Source: Eledone cirrhosa
Taxonomy: Eukaryota
Length of the DNA: 64,000 nucleotides
Direction of reading: 5' to 3'
Assembly (NCBI GenBank): GCA_964016885.1
Contig: OZ024741.1
Location: 343,480,001-343,544,000 of the forward strand
In this document: one piece after another, positions 52,330 to 64,000 of the stretch
Layout of the letters: every line of letters begins with the position of its first letter
How positions within the stretch are numbered: position 1 is the stretch's first letter
Program-made: the position numbers and the translations under genes
Notes under the pieces: generated by a model
Databases searched by the model: none
What the model was told of the DNA's origin: nothing
What the model saw: only the letters and a program-made list of their open reading frames with translations

Positions 52330-53820
52330 ATTACACAATTATCAAAGTTATGTTCAAATTATTTTATTGCTGACAATCATTTCTTCCAAACATTCGTTCG
52401 GATTCATCGGAGCATTCGTAATGTTTGTACATATAATTAACCACCTATTCAACTGAACAATCATATAGATACATATATATTGATCTTGTGAACAACAGTT
52501 TCGTATTTACAGGGTGTAATGGATGCGACATATATTATACGAGAATTGTAAAATAATTCAAATTAAAATTAAAAGCAGAGTGGAATACGTGCGACAGATA
52601 ATACAAGGGAATAGTCTAATAATTAAAGAGGCATTGAGAAAGAATGAGGACACTAGCAGTACATATGCAAGCGTGTAGAAAGTACACATGCGTAAGTCAT
52701 AGATATGAGAAGGAAACAAGCAAAGGTATTAGGCATATATAAATACTGTATGGCAAAGGTATCACATAAAATACAAGCATATCAAGCAAATGTGTTAGTG
52801 TATTAAAATTTATGGTGGGTGTAATGTGATGATAGTTTCTGTATTGTTCAAATTTGTATGTGTTTAGAGTATCAAAGTTATTGTTTTCTTTTCCATTACA
52901 TATGTTAAATTATATTTAAGTTAATATTTATATTGAATGTTTTTAGTTAGTTACAGCAATGGATTGTAAATTGGTCTTATTGTATTCTTATTCATGGATT
53001 AGAGTTATTCTACAGCGAGACTTTCTAACGGTTTAATTTCCGGAAGTGAGTATGAGATCCAAAATTAAGGGGAGCTAATGCGTAATGGGAGGTAACTAGC
53101 TAATTAAATTAAATTAAATTATATAGGAAAGTATCAATTATTTAAATTCTTTGCTCTAATATACATTATATTGTGTTACAAGTGAATCACTTCTACATAA
53201 TGTTATATATTTATATTTAATTTTAAATACAGTCTATTTTCCTATAATACATTAAATGTCTCATTAGATTGTTATCTATCCATTACTGGACAAGATATAA
53301 GTTATGGAAAAATGTATAGCTGTTTACATGTCCAATTAGTTGAATCCCTTGTGTTAATAATATACATTGAGGGTCGGGCGCCATGCTTTCCAGCATAGTT
53401 ACGTCCCTTTACGATCTGAGTTCAAATCCCGCCGAGGTTGACTTTGCCTTTCATCCTTACGGGGTCGATAAAATAAAGTACCAGTAATGCACTGGGTAAT
53501 TTCAGGCCTTGTGCCTAAAGCAGAAACAATTATATTGTGTTCAAAGTTAATCCCTTATATACAATGCTATTAATGTACTGTTGTTCACAATATCAATATA
53601 TATGTATCTATAGGATTATTCAGTTGAATAGGAGGTTAATTATATGTACAAACATTGCTAATGCTCCGATGACTCCAAACGAAAATTTAAAAGAAACGAT
53701 TGTCAGTAATAAATGATTTTGAACATAACTTTGATAATTGTGTAATTTATATTCCTACTCTGCAAAACACCTGATATTCTTAGATTGAGCTATTTCACTT
53801 ACTGGTAATAAGGTAATAAT
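52325..53820. mobile_element. Old Penelope-like remnant bounded by inverted pLTR-like repeats with CCGATGA HHR-like motifs
   Basis: 52325-52500 is inverted relative to 53578-53750. Motifs at 52368-52414(-) and 53662-53708(+). Confidence 0.6.
53369..53531 (+). mobile_element. SINE family A (tRNA head, MetaSINE-like core)
   Basis: B box gagttcaaatcc and core gcctttcatccttacggggtcgataaaataaagtaccag. The core name is from recall. Confidence 0.8.
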
Positions 53821-53959
53821 ACTGACTAGCTCGAGGCACGATCGATGCAATGATCGAACCTGACTCTGAAATCGCAAGATCCTCAGATACATCTCGAATC
53901 TACGAAGCAGAGCTTTCAATATATATATATATATATATATATATTACACACACACACAC

Positions 53960-54070
<111 letters not shown>

Positions 54071-54166
54071 TATATATATGTAAATATATATATATATATA
54101 CATATACATACACGTGTGTATATGTGTGTGTATGTGTATATTTATATACACACACACTCACACACA

Positions 54167-54205
<39 letters not shown>

Positions 54206-54286
54206 CGAAGGAAATGTGGTAAGGAACCAGGTAGTCCAGAATTAGCCGTCGAAACGGCTTGAGCTCAGCCGTCGGGGTCCTACTCG

Positions 54287-54393
<107 letters not shown>

Positions 54394-55025
54394 GTGTGTG
54401 TGTGCGTGTACATATATACATATGTATATATACATATATGAATATATGTATTCATATATAAATAGGAATATATGTATATAAATTAATTCAATGAACCGGA
54501 ACTCTAAGTAATTAGTCGAATTACTCGAAAGTGATAATCTTATATTTTTTTGTCTTGCATTATTATTTTATTCTTGTTTTGTATTTATTCCATTTGTTTT
54601 GTATTTTTCCATTTGTTTTGTAATTTTCCATTTCAATTAATTAAAACTATTAATTAACTCAGAAACAAATTAGTAGAGAAGAGAGTGTAACGTTTTCTAA
54701 TAATTTAACTGTCATCACAGATGCTAACACATACATGCACATGCACATATATTCACATTCATTAACGGACATAAACATATAGGCAGTCATTTTTCATACA
54801 CTTACACAGACATACTCTCTTACAGATACATAGACTCATTCAAATATACCTTTCCACTGATTGAGACACATTATATCCACTTCTACTGATATAAGCACAC
54901 ATACTCACTGGAAAACAGTCACAAACACACTTGTACACACAAGTGCACACACATACACAAGCTCAAATAAGCATTGACACATGCACACATTCATACAGAC
55001 GAACATACACTCAAACACTTATATA

Positions 55026-55102
<77 letters not shown>

Positions 55103-55295
55103 CACACACCAACAGAGGTATACATATTTAGGTTAATGAATATGAATTAATCATTATGATGATGATTACCACAATAATTACGATGATAATTATTAATAAT
55201 CCTTATTAATGGAGCAAAGTACGTAATATATATCTATATCTATCTATCTATCTCTCACACACTCAACTATATACATACATATATACATATATATC

Positions 55296-55351
<56 letters not shown>

Positions 55352-55802
55352 TATACCTATGTGTAGATGAACGTAACGTGAATGTGCTTCTGCAACTGCA
55401 TGTATGTATTTATAAAAAGTGATGTGGAAAGACCGAATATTCTATAGGAGTGGGAATGGCAATGGCAGTGAGAAGAAGCATAAAATAAAAGTCATCAAAA
55501 GCTCCATGCACGCTGATTGCATTACCCTTCAATTTCTTCCCTTTTTTCTTTTCAACTTTTTCGTTCTTATTCGGCCTATTTCTTCTCTCCCACTCCACTT
55601 CTTACATACTCACAAACATACAATCAAACGAACACACACGCACACTCCCACAAACATACTCACAAGTACACTCACATGCACACATCTCTCTTTTTCTCTC
55701 TCTTTCTCTTTCTTGTTATACACACACACACACACGCACACACTCCTACACACATACACCCCCCCCCATACACGCATACACACACACATATATATATATA
55801 TA

Positions 55803-56345
55803 TTTTGTTACCTCATTTTATCTGATGAGAACACAATTTTTGTCCCAGGATGATTTTGTATTCGAAATGCGCATAATAAAATATATGGAACGCTTTTAAC
55901 CATATATATATAAATAATGTAGGAGGTGAGTTTTATTGTAGTACAATAAAGCAATGCAGATATCGGATAAGTAGCACTCTACAGTTTGTAGGACTGGAGT
56001 ATAAATAATATAAGTTCAAAAGATGGTTAAAAGAGTTCCATGTATTTTATTATGCGCATTTCAAAAACAATTATCATCATGCGATGACATTTGCGTTTTC
56101 GTCAGATAAAATAGGGAGACATGATATAAAGGTTAAAAAACACTTGTGAATAGTGCAGTTTTAAATCAGCATATCATATGTTGATTTAAAACTGCACTAT
56201 TCACAAGTGTTTTTTAACCTTTATATCATGTCTCCCTATTTTATCTGACGAAAACGCAAATGTCATCGGATGATGATATTTATTTTTGAAATGCGCATAA
56301 TAAAATACATGGAACTCTTTTAACCATCTTTTGATCTTATATTAT
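55803..56345. ncRNA. Cluster of three related HHRs (+,-,+); the last two form a palindrome
   Basis: 55816-55881(+): TTTTAT-CTGATGA-G..C-GAAA-TGCGCA-TA-ATAAAA. Further copies at ~56043-56113(-) and 56237-56307(+). Palindrome centre ~56175. Confidence 0.82.
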
Positions 56346-56380
56346 ATATATATATATATATTATACATATATATATATAA

Positions 56381-56442
<62 letters not shown>

Positions 56443-56450
<8 letters not shown>

Positions 56451-56760
56451 TAAAACATGTCTATAGAATCACAAGATAAAATATATACTATTTCCTCTCC
56501 CAATTAGCATAATTAACTATATAAAAATCGAATAGACCAGGCTATACGAATGAGGCTTCTATGATAAATATTCTACGATAAATATTCCACTACGGCCGAC
56601 GCGAAGCGCTAGTTTTGGTTATTTGTTGGAGATTCCTTCATAGAAGCCTCATTCGTATAGCCTGGTCTATTCGATTTTTATATAGTTAATTATGCTAATT
56701 GGGAGAGGAAATAGTATATATTTTATCTTGTGATTCTATAGACATGTTTTATGATATATA
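56443..56760. repeat. Inverted repeat with ~120-bp arms and a ~75-bp spacer
   Basis: 56443-56563 is the reverse complement of 56638-56760. Confidence 0.9.
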
Positions 56761-56854
56761 GCTCTGATTGTTTAATTTATTAATTTTTCATTGAGCCAAA
56801 AAGTGACCAGTTGCAAAACACGTATATGTATGTGTATGTATATATATATGTAAA

Positions 56855-56904
<50 letters not shown>

Positions 56905-57282
56905 TTACACACCAATTACTCTCTTTGCATATCTCTATCTCTCCCCCTTCCCCCTCTCTCTTTCTTTCTCTCTCTATATATGCAGCTATGGATATATGAG
57001 TCTGTGCGTGCGTACACGTGTATAGACTAGAGAAATATATCTCATGTAGATATATACACACACAGATATATATTTATTTAATATATACATATTTATTACA
57101 GGCAAGATACTATATAATACAGCAGTGTCTCAAGGTTGTAGATTTTCGCGTATAAAATCAGACATAATAGATTCTTTAATGTATGTATATAAGTATGTAT
57201 GTATGTATGTATGTATGTATGTATGTATGTATGTATGTATGTATGTATGTATGTATGTATGTATGTATGTATGCATGTGTGT

Positions 57283-57745
57283 GTTTGTCAGGGCATTCTT
57301 CTAGGAGAAGGTAACTCAGGAAACTGGGATAACTCCGACATAAAACCTGCGACCCAGTAGTAACCGATGATGTTGATCTTTTCTTCTTTTCGGATTATAG
57401 CTACTGTCGCTCAGAGAGTGGGTTTGGCTCAGTGCACAGTCTTTCCTCACTTTAAAAAATATCTTCACGCACAAACATTACACGATAGAATTAATTAATT
57501 GTTTCTACGTTAGGCACAAGGCCAGCAATTACCCAGTGCATTACTGGTACTTTATTTTATTGACCCCGTAAGGATGAAAGGCAAAGTTAACCTCGGCGGG
57601 ATTTGAACTCAGAATAGCAAGGGCCGTAACTCTATGCGTCAAAGCATGGCGTCCGACCCTCTACCGATACTGCCATAATTAATAATTACTAATAAGGGTA
57701 TGTCGTGCAATGGCCATACTCGATAACGAGGGGGCAGCCATCATG
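57283..57745 (+). mobile_element. Diverged bipartite RTE-derived element with a nested full-length SINE A (57500-57676, minus)
   Basis: 5' part ctaggagaaggtaactc and tail ggccatactcgataacgagggggcagccatc. SINE A box tggcagtatcggtaga on the minus strand. Confidence 0.65.
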
Positions 57746-57759
57746 TATATTTGTGTGTG

Positions 57760-60497
57760 TTTATAATTTCACAAATGTTTGCCAATAGAGAAAGAGTCGG
57801 TTTCTAACATAGATACAAGACTCTCTCATTGGAATTTACACATAAACTAGGTACACATGTTTACATGTCTGCATGTCAGCATGTCTGCATACATGCATGA
57901 GTGAGCAGGTATGGATGTTATTGTATGTGTGGATGTGTATGTTTTGAGTTGTATGGGTGCATGTGCATATGCTTTGCATCTGTACAAGAGTATATGCAGT
58001 TATTAGATGCAGAGTTTTTGGAATGTTTTATATATTTTTACTGTTACATTAATGGATTGTACTTCTAATTTCCTAACTCGTCTTGTTATTTCCGTTTCCG
58101 TGAAGCCCAGCTTCTCAAGATTAGTATTGAGGCAGTTACTAACATACCCCAGTGCCCCAATAATCACGTGCATAAATCTGAAGGTGTAATCAGGGTGGAG
58201 TATCTGTAGATTTCCCATTAGTTCTGCATAGATATTCTCCTTTTCGCTAATCTTTGATATTATATTGGCATCTGCTGGGCAGTTAACTTTCACTGCTGTG
58301 CATGCCTACTTTCCCCTGCCCAATATCATTATATCTGATCTGTTATGCCTGTACTTTATTGGGGTTTTTACTGGAACATTCCACCAGTACTTTTTATATT
58401 TTATGTATATGTATGTCTTACACATTGCTGTAGCCTTTAATGTGTTTATTATCGGGGCTATCTTTTCTACGGATAGCACTGTACAGTGTTTTGGCCACTA
58501 CATCATGCCTCATAAGTAGATAGTACCGCGATGACATCTTTGGACAGCTGCTTATAACATGGGTGACATCTTCGACGTTATTTCTGCAGAGTCTGCATTT
58601 GTTTGTCACATCTAGGTGTTTTGCCTGCATCCCTATCTCTTTTGTGAATCAGCTTTTTGTGTTGATTTCCTGTTCTTGGATTGCAAAAGCGTATTCTTCA
58701 AAGTGGGAGCCAATATAGTGGTTGTTGGTCCAAGGTAGATATACTTTGTTTATCTGTATTACTCTCAATCTGGAGCTTCCTCGCAACATATCCATCCATA
58801 ATTTTTTGCTGATAAGCATGCAGTTTTTAATCCTTGGATTCAATGCGGTACTGCTGGGCAACTCCCCTGGATGTTAGTTTTTTTTATTATCATGCAGGGA
58901 ATATCTTTCAACGAGTTCCTTCCTAACTCTCATGATCTTATCTGTCTCATGCAAATAAACTTGCGCAATAGATGTGGTCCTACGCTTAGAGGTTCGTAAA
59001 TGTTGTCGGAGGGATATGATGTGACATTCAAATTCTGTCTGGACTGATGTTAGGCCTCTGCCTCCCTCCTTACGTTTCAAGTAAAGGCGGTCTATGTCAA
59101 TGTTGATGTGGAAGTTTCCGGTGTTAATTAGTACTTTTCGAGTCCTAACAGCAATTTCTCGAATTTCGTCTATCGTCCACTCGAGTATTCCAATCGTTGG
59201 TGTTAGGACAGGCACAGCAAACACACTGTGAGCCACTATTTTATTGTTTGCAGAGAGTTCTGATGACCATATTTTTCTTAATCGTGTGTAATATTCCTTG
59301 GTTACGCGTTCCTTATTACAAATTCCATTATAGGATATGTTCTCAGCTATCCCCAGGTATCTGTAGCAGTCCTCATCAGATACCAGTGAAGCAGGTAGGC
59401 CATTGTTGAAAATGTTGCTTCATGGGGTAGTTTTTCCCCGCTTTACAATCATATATGAATTATCTTGGCCAAACTCCATTCCTATATCCTTTGAGGAAGT
59501 TGTAACCAGGTCAAGATTTTTATTCATCCCATCTATATACTTGGCATAGTTTCAGATCATCCACACAGTTCGTATTTCTGTCCTCATGTGAGCCAATGAT
59601 GTATCCTTCACATTTCTTGAGCAAAAAGGACAAAGGGTTTGCTGACATGATAAATAGTATCACAGAGAGACTGTCTCCTTGAAATATACCCCTGTAATAT
59701 ATTATTTTATCAGTGAAAATAGAGTCGTCCTTCTCTGTTTTTAACCTTAGAAGGAGAGAGTTTCTTGATGGCTCTGATAATAATTGTTTCTATTTTAGGC
59801 ATAAGGCCAGCAATCACCAGTACACTACTGGTACTTTATTTTATCGACCCCGTAAGGATGAAAGGCAAAGTTGATAATAATGTCTGGGATTTTAGCAAGT
59901 CGGAGGGCCTCTATCATCCTAGAGTGGGCAACAGAATCACAAGTTTTCCTGTAGTCCAGCCACACTGTAGCCATATTCCTCCTAAGTTGTCGCACCTCCG
60001 ACATCGCCGTTTTGTTGATTAGGAGTTGTTCAACACACCCCCAAATACCTTTCTTTATGGCTGCTTGTTCATCTGTGATGATGCTATTATTTTCACAGTG
60101 ATCTTGGAGAAATAGGTTCGGGCAGGCTGTATACATCTTATACATACGTTTTTGGCATGCAATGGCTTGGTTTTGTTTTTTGCCAAGTGGGTGTCTTTGT
60201 TGTTGGGGACCAGTATTGTTTGTGCTAATGTCAACCATTCTGGTATAAGTGTATCTCCATTGAAAACTTGTTGGTAGAGTTTGATAAGATACATCCGATA
60301 GAATATCAGTTATTTGTACCAACTGCCGACAATCATGTATCTTCCTTGTGTTTTCTTATCTTTGAATTTTCCTATCACAGTCTCAAGGGTATCCTCCTTT
60401 ATTTCATATGTTTTTTTTTGTAGTGTAGGAGCAATAGTTCTTTTGGATTTCCTGTAATCACACTGCATCTTGGTTGAAATTCTTCTTTTCACCCCAT
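57760..60497 (-). mobile_element. 5'-truncated R4/Dong LINE, same family as 13728-17866
   Basis: ORFs 58003-60492 align with 15.2-17.8 kb. A SINE A fragment at 59785-59871 interrupts it with the 10-bp TSD tgataataat. Confidence 0.92.
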
Positions 60498-60499
60498 AT

Positions 60500-60810
60500 T
60501 TAGGTATTAGTATTGGTGCTCTGAAATATCGATGTATTTTGCTTGACCGGCTATCGCTCTGTGTAATCAGCTCCTGATTATTACTGGAATTCTATAAGAA
60601 TCCAGCTTCTATAATTTTCGGCAAAGGCAGGGGAGTGCGTGGTTTTGATGAACGCCAAACAGAGAGAAACAGACTGTCAGCCTCTCTCTGTGCCTTTTCC
60701 GAAAATAAGTGAGTGACATTTAAAGTTACTACTTTAAAACTGATAGCAAATGGTCTTCTAAACGTTTTTAATTAAACATACGGTATATTGCCAAATATAC
60801 TATATATATA
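60500..60810 (+). mobile_element. Diverged monomer of the 308/318-bp retrozyme-like family with a short inverted 5' piece
   Basis: Inverted piece ttggtgctctgaaata, then gacc..cgctctgtgtaatcagctcctgattatt..ttctataag..TTGATGA..GAAA-CAGACTG-TC-AGCC..ggtcttc. Confidence 0.8.
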
Positions 60811-60887
60811 TATATGGTAATGAGGTAGTAGGAAATTACTGACATTTCCTGTTTATAGTTGTTTATAGTATATACATAACTATACAT

Positions 60888-60976
<89 letters not shown>

Positions 60977-61589
60977 AATAAATTAGGATCGTCTCAGGAT
61001 ACCAAACAAATTATTAGAAACGGAAACAGAACTACTCTTGAAAGAGTCAGTAATTTGATAATTGAAAATATATCAACTATACTAAAAGTCATGAGTATTT
61101 TAGTTGAAACTATAGCTCTTCCCACTCTCTTTCAAAACAGAAAATCAACACTTATATTATACGCGTAGATGAAGCGTGCGTTTGCGAGTGTTTGTGAATG
61201 TGCATATGCATCTGAATGTAAAAATATATTTGCCAACATTCTCTACTTTAGCATACCGGATGGTTTCTAATATTTTCTACGTATTGTCATTTGTAGTTAT
61301 TCTTAAAAATCCTGATTTAATTATTTATGTACTTTTAATGCGCACATGCGAGGATATCCAACCCTGTGAGACTTTGTGCTTGAGAGAAAGCTAAAATATA
61401 TATACAAAAAGACAACAACAAAGAAACCAGCCTTCGTTGGAATATAAAAAGCATTAATTCTTTGCTCATGTATTCAAGAAAAGGATCCGTCTTCCTTCAC
61501 TATTATTTCAGTTCTTCTTCTTCTTCTTCTTCTTCTTCTTCTTCTTCTTCTTCTTCTTCTTCTTCTGCCCCTTGTTGTTGTTGTTTTTG

Positions 61590-61626
<37 letters not shown>

Positions 61627-61679
61627 CTAGTGCCTATCTCACTCAGGCTTTCACTATGAATGTATTGGAGTTGTTGTTG

Positions 61680-61699
<20 letters not shown>

Positions 61700-61711
<12 letters not shown>

Positions 61712-64000
61712 GAATGCTATGGTTGACGGAGGCTCGGCTCTGTAAGGTATTGTAAATTTTTACCGCTATAACAATTGTAAATTGTTTAAAACTTTAACCA
61801 AATCGTAGACAAAAACACCCTCCTCCTCGTGAGAGGGGTCTTTCTGCCCGTTATTTGGCCCTTCGGGGTTAAATAACCGCTTATTGGGGTTTTGTGCCCA
61901 ATATTTATTTTAAACAAAAAAAAAAACATGGCTACGAAAAATAATTTTCATAGGTCACTCCCACTCATTCCGTCTTCTTCCTCAATCGTCACTACAGCAG
62001 AGAGAAGATTGTCTCTCTCCCTCCCTTCTCTAAATGTGTCTCTCTCCCTCAAGCGACGCCAGAAAAGAAAAATCACGTGCAAAGCGTGCAAGATTTCTCC
62101 ACGACGACGACGACAACGACGAAAAAGGTGTGCGGGAAATACGAAAACCCATTTCATTCGTCTGACGCCAGGAATAATAGCAGTAGCAGCCGTAAAAACA
62201 GCAGCAGCAGCAACAATGACAAGGAAAACAACAGTAGCAGCCGCAACAGCATCAGCAGCAGCATAAGCAACAACAGCATTAGCAGCAACAGCAACAAAAA
62301 CAGCAGCAGCAGCAACAACAACAACAACAACCACAGCAACTGCGGCGGCGGGAGTAGTCGTAGTACCTGCAGCAACAACAAAAGTAACAGCAGCTCTGAC
62401 AACAACAACAACAACAACAACAGCAAAGAAAAACCAATCTCGTTTGCAGGTATCGCAAAGAACCTGGAAACCATCCTCATAAAAAATGAGGAATTAGAGG
62501 AAGCGAAGAAGATGGTGACAAAAACCGGACACCGAGCAATCTGCAAGGCAGCCGAAAATATTTTCGAAACTCACCAGCACTGTACGGTCACGTACCGTAC
62601 AGTAAGCACAAAATCCCGTAGGGTTGAAAGAGCCACAGAGGCTCAAATACAAAAAGCCTTAGGAAAACGCACATCACCCGAGGCAAGAAATATGCCACCG
62701 TAGACGTGCGTTTTGCCACACCCCAGGAGGAAAAGGCTCAATCCTTAGTGACCCTAAGGAGCGAGGAAATGGTGTTGGTGCCCTCCTACTGCGGGCAAAA
62801 ATTGTGAGGGTCAAACTGACCCACGTCCCCCCCCCTCCGGAATGACCCCTTCTTGGCTGGCCGCGTCAGTCCTCGTCGGAATCGAGGACAAAAAAACTGT
62901 ACTGCAAGTACAGAAAAAAGTAAGAGAAGATTAGGTCGGCAACTCCATTGAGATGTTAATCCAAACCGACCAGGAGTGCATCGAAGCTATCCCGGATGTG
63001 ATAGACTTCGATAACGGCACTCAACTGCCCATAAGTGTTGAGGGCAAACGCCCGAAATGCTTTCGCTGTGGATTGAAGACTCACCTCAGGGCCTTCTGCA
63101 ACGAGAAGACCCTGAGAAAGAAAAAAAAACCCTCCTTCCGAAACCGGCTCCACGGCTACCAGCAACAGGACAAGCGGGAACCAGGAACGATAGATCCGTG
63201 GCACCCATACCCACGCCACGGAAATCAAGAACAGCAGCAGCAGTGGAAGTATTAACAACAACAGCAGCAATACCAAATGCAGCTGCAACAGAGACTCCAC
63301 TGCAAACATCACCACCAACAACAAGTGAAAGAGTGGAGCTGGTACCCCTCCCCGACCTCACAGAATCAGACATGGAGTGTGAGGTGGGAGAGGGATGGCA
63401 AAATGTCGTAAGAAGGCACAAACGCAGAAGCAGCGCATCGTCGCCTTCGAAAAGGGAGGAAAGAAATGAAAAAAGGGTAAAAGCTACTGCAAAGAGACTC
63501 ACAGCAGCAACACCACCAACACCATCACCACCCACACTAGCACCACCATCACCACCAGCGACAACCCCACCGCCAACAACAACAACACCTTCAACACCAC
63601 CACCACAAGCACCAACATCGCAAACACAACAACAAAACACACACACCCAGCAACAACGACAAGAAAATAGCAGAACCACACCCCACCCCCAGAAAAACAA
63701 ATGCACGGCAATAAATACACACAACAAGAAACTAATGACTTACATAATTGAACACACAGACATTTCACAGCACTACTACATAATACCAGCAACAATCAAA
63801 ACGCCAACGAACATAAGACTTCTAAAAATAGCACAGAAACAATACACAAACATTAAAACGAAATTCCCCAACGCAGTTGGTGATTTCAGAGACCTAGGAG
63901 GGACTCTCAACCGGAGAGTATATTCGGACATACTCATAGAAAAGCCGACGACCAGCCGAAGGGACGATTCAACGGTCCCTTCACCAGACGATCAAGTGAA
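61700..64000 (+). mobile_element. Decayed L1/Tx1-like ORF1 region with a gag-type zinc knuckle and low-complexity tracts
   Basis: ORF 62953..63255 has ISVEGKRPKCFRCGLKTHLRAFC (CX2CX4HX4C). Boundaries are uncertain. Confidence 0.55.

Noticed and set aside
62077-62430. Ser/Asn-rich protein
   Set aside because: A (CAG/CAA)n tract within a decayed LINE ORF1 region.

Overview
AT-rich eukaryotic intergenic or intronic DNA, saturated with (TA)n, (CA)n, (CATA)n and trinucleotide microsatellites. The repeat content suggests an octopus or other cephalopod genome (inference). I find no credible host gene; most ORFs in the track are microsatellite artefacts. The window is a nest of decayed retroelements: Penelope-like elements (one Neptune-type, several Naiad-type), R4/Dong, CRE, RTE and L1/Tx1 LINEs, two tRNA-derived SINE families, bipartite RTE-derived elements and a Helitron. 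The main signal is RNA. I can hand-fold roughly 40 type-I hammerhead ribozyme (HHR) motifs belonging to more than 10 families. Two are head-to-head tandem arrays of 308-bp and 318-bp HHR-bearing units that look like non-LTR retrozymes (circular RNA elements). These units, plus two diverged monomers, share a covarying RNA fold, and the 318-bp unit swaps the core pair C3-G8 for U3-A8. A second HHR family carries a conserved octamer (ATGCAAAT). Nearly every family has its own palindromic stem III, and many insertions have an inverted 5' arm. All folds were read by eye and none has been tested.
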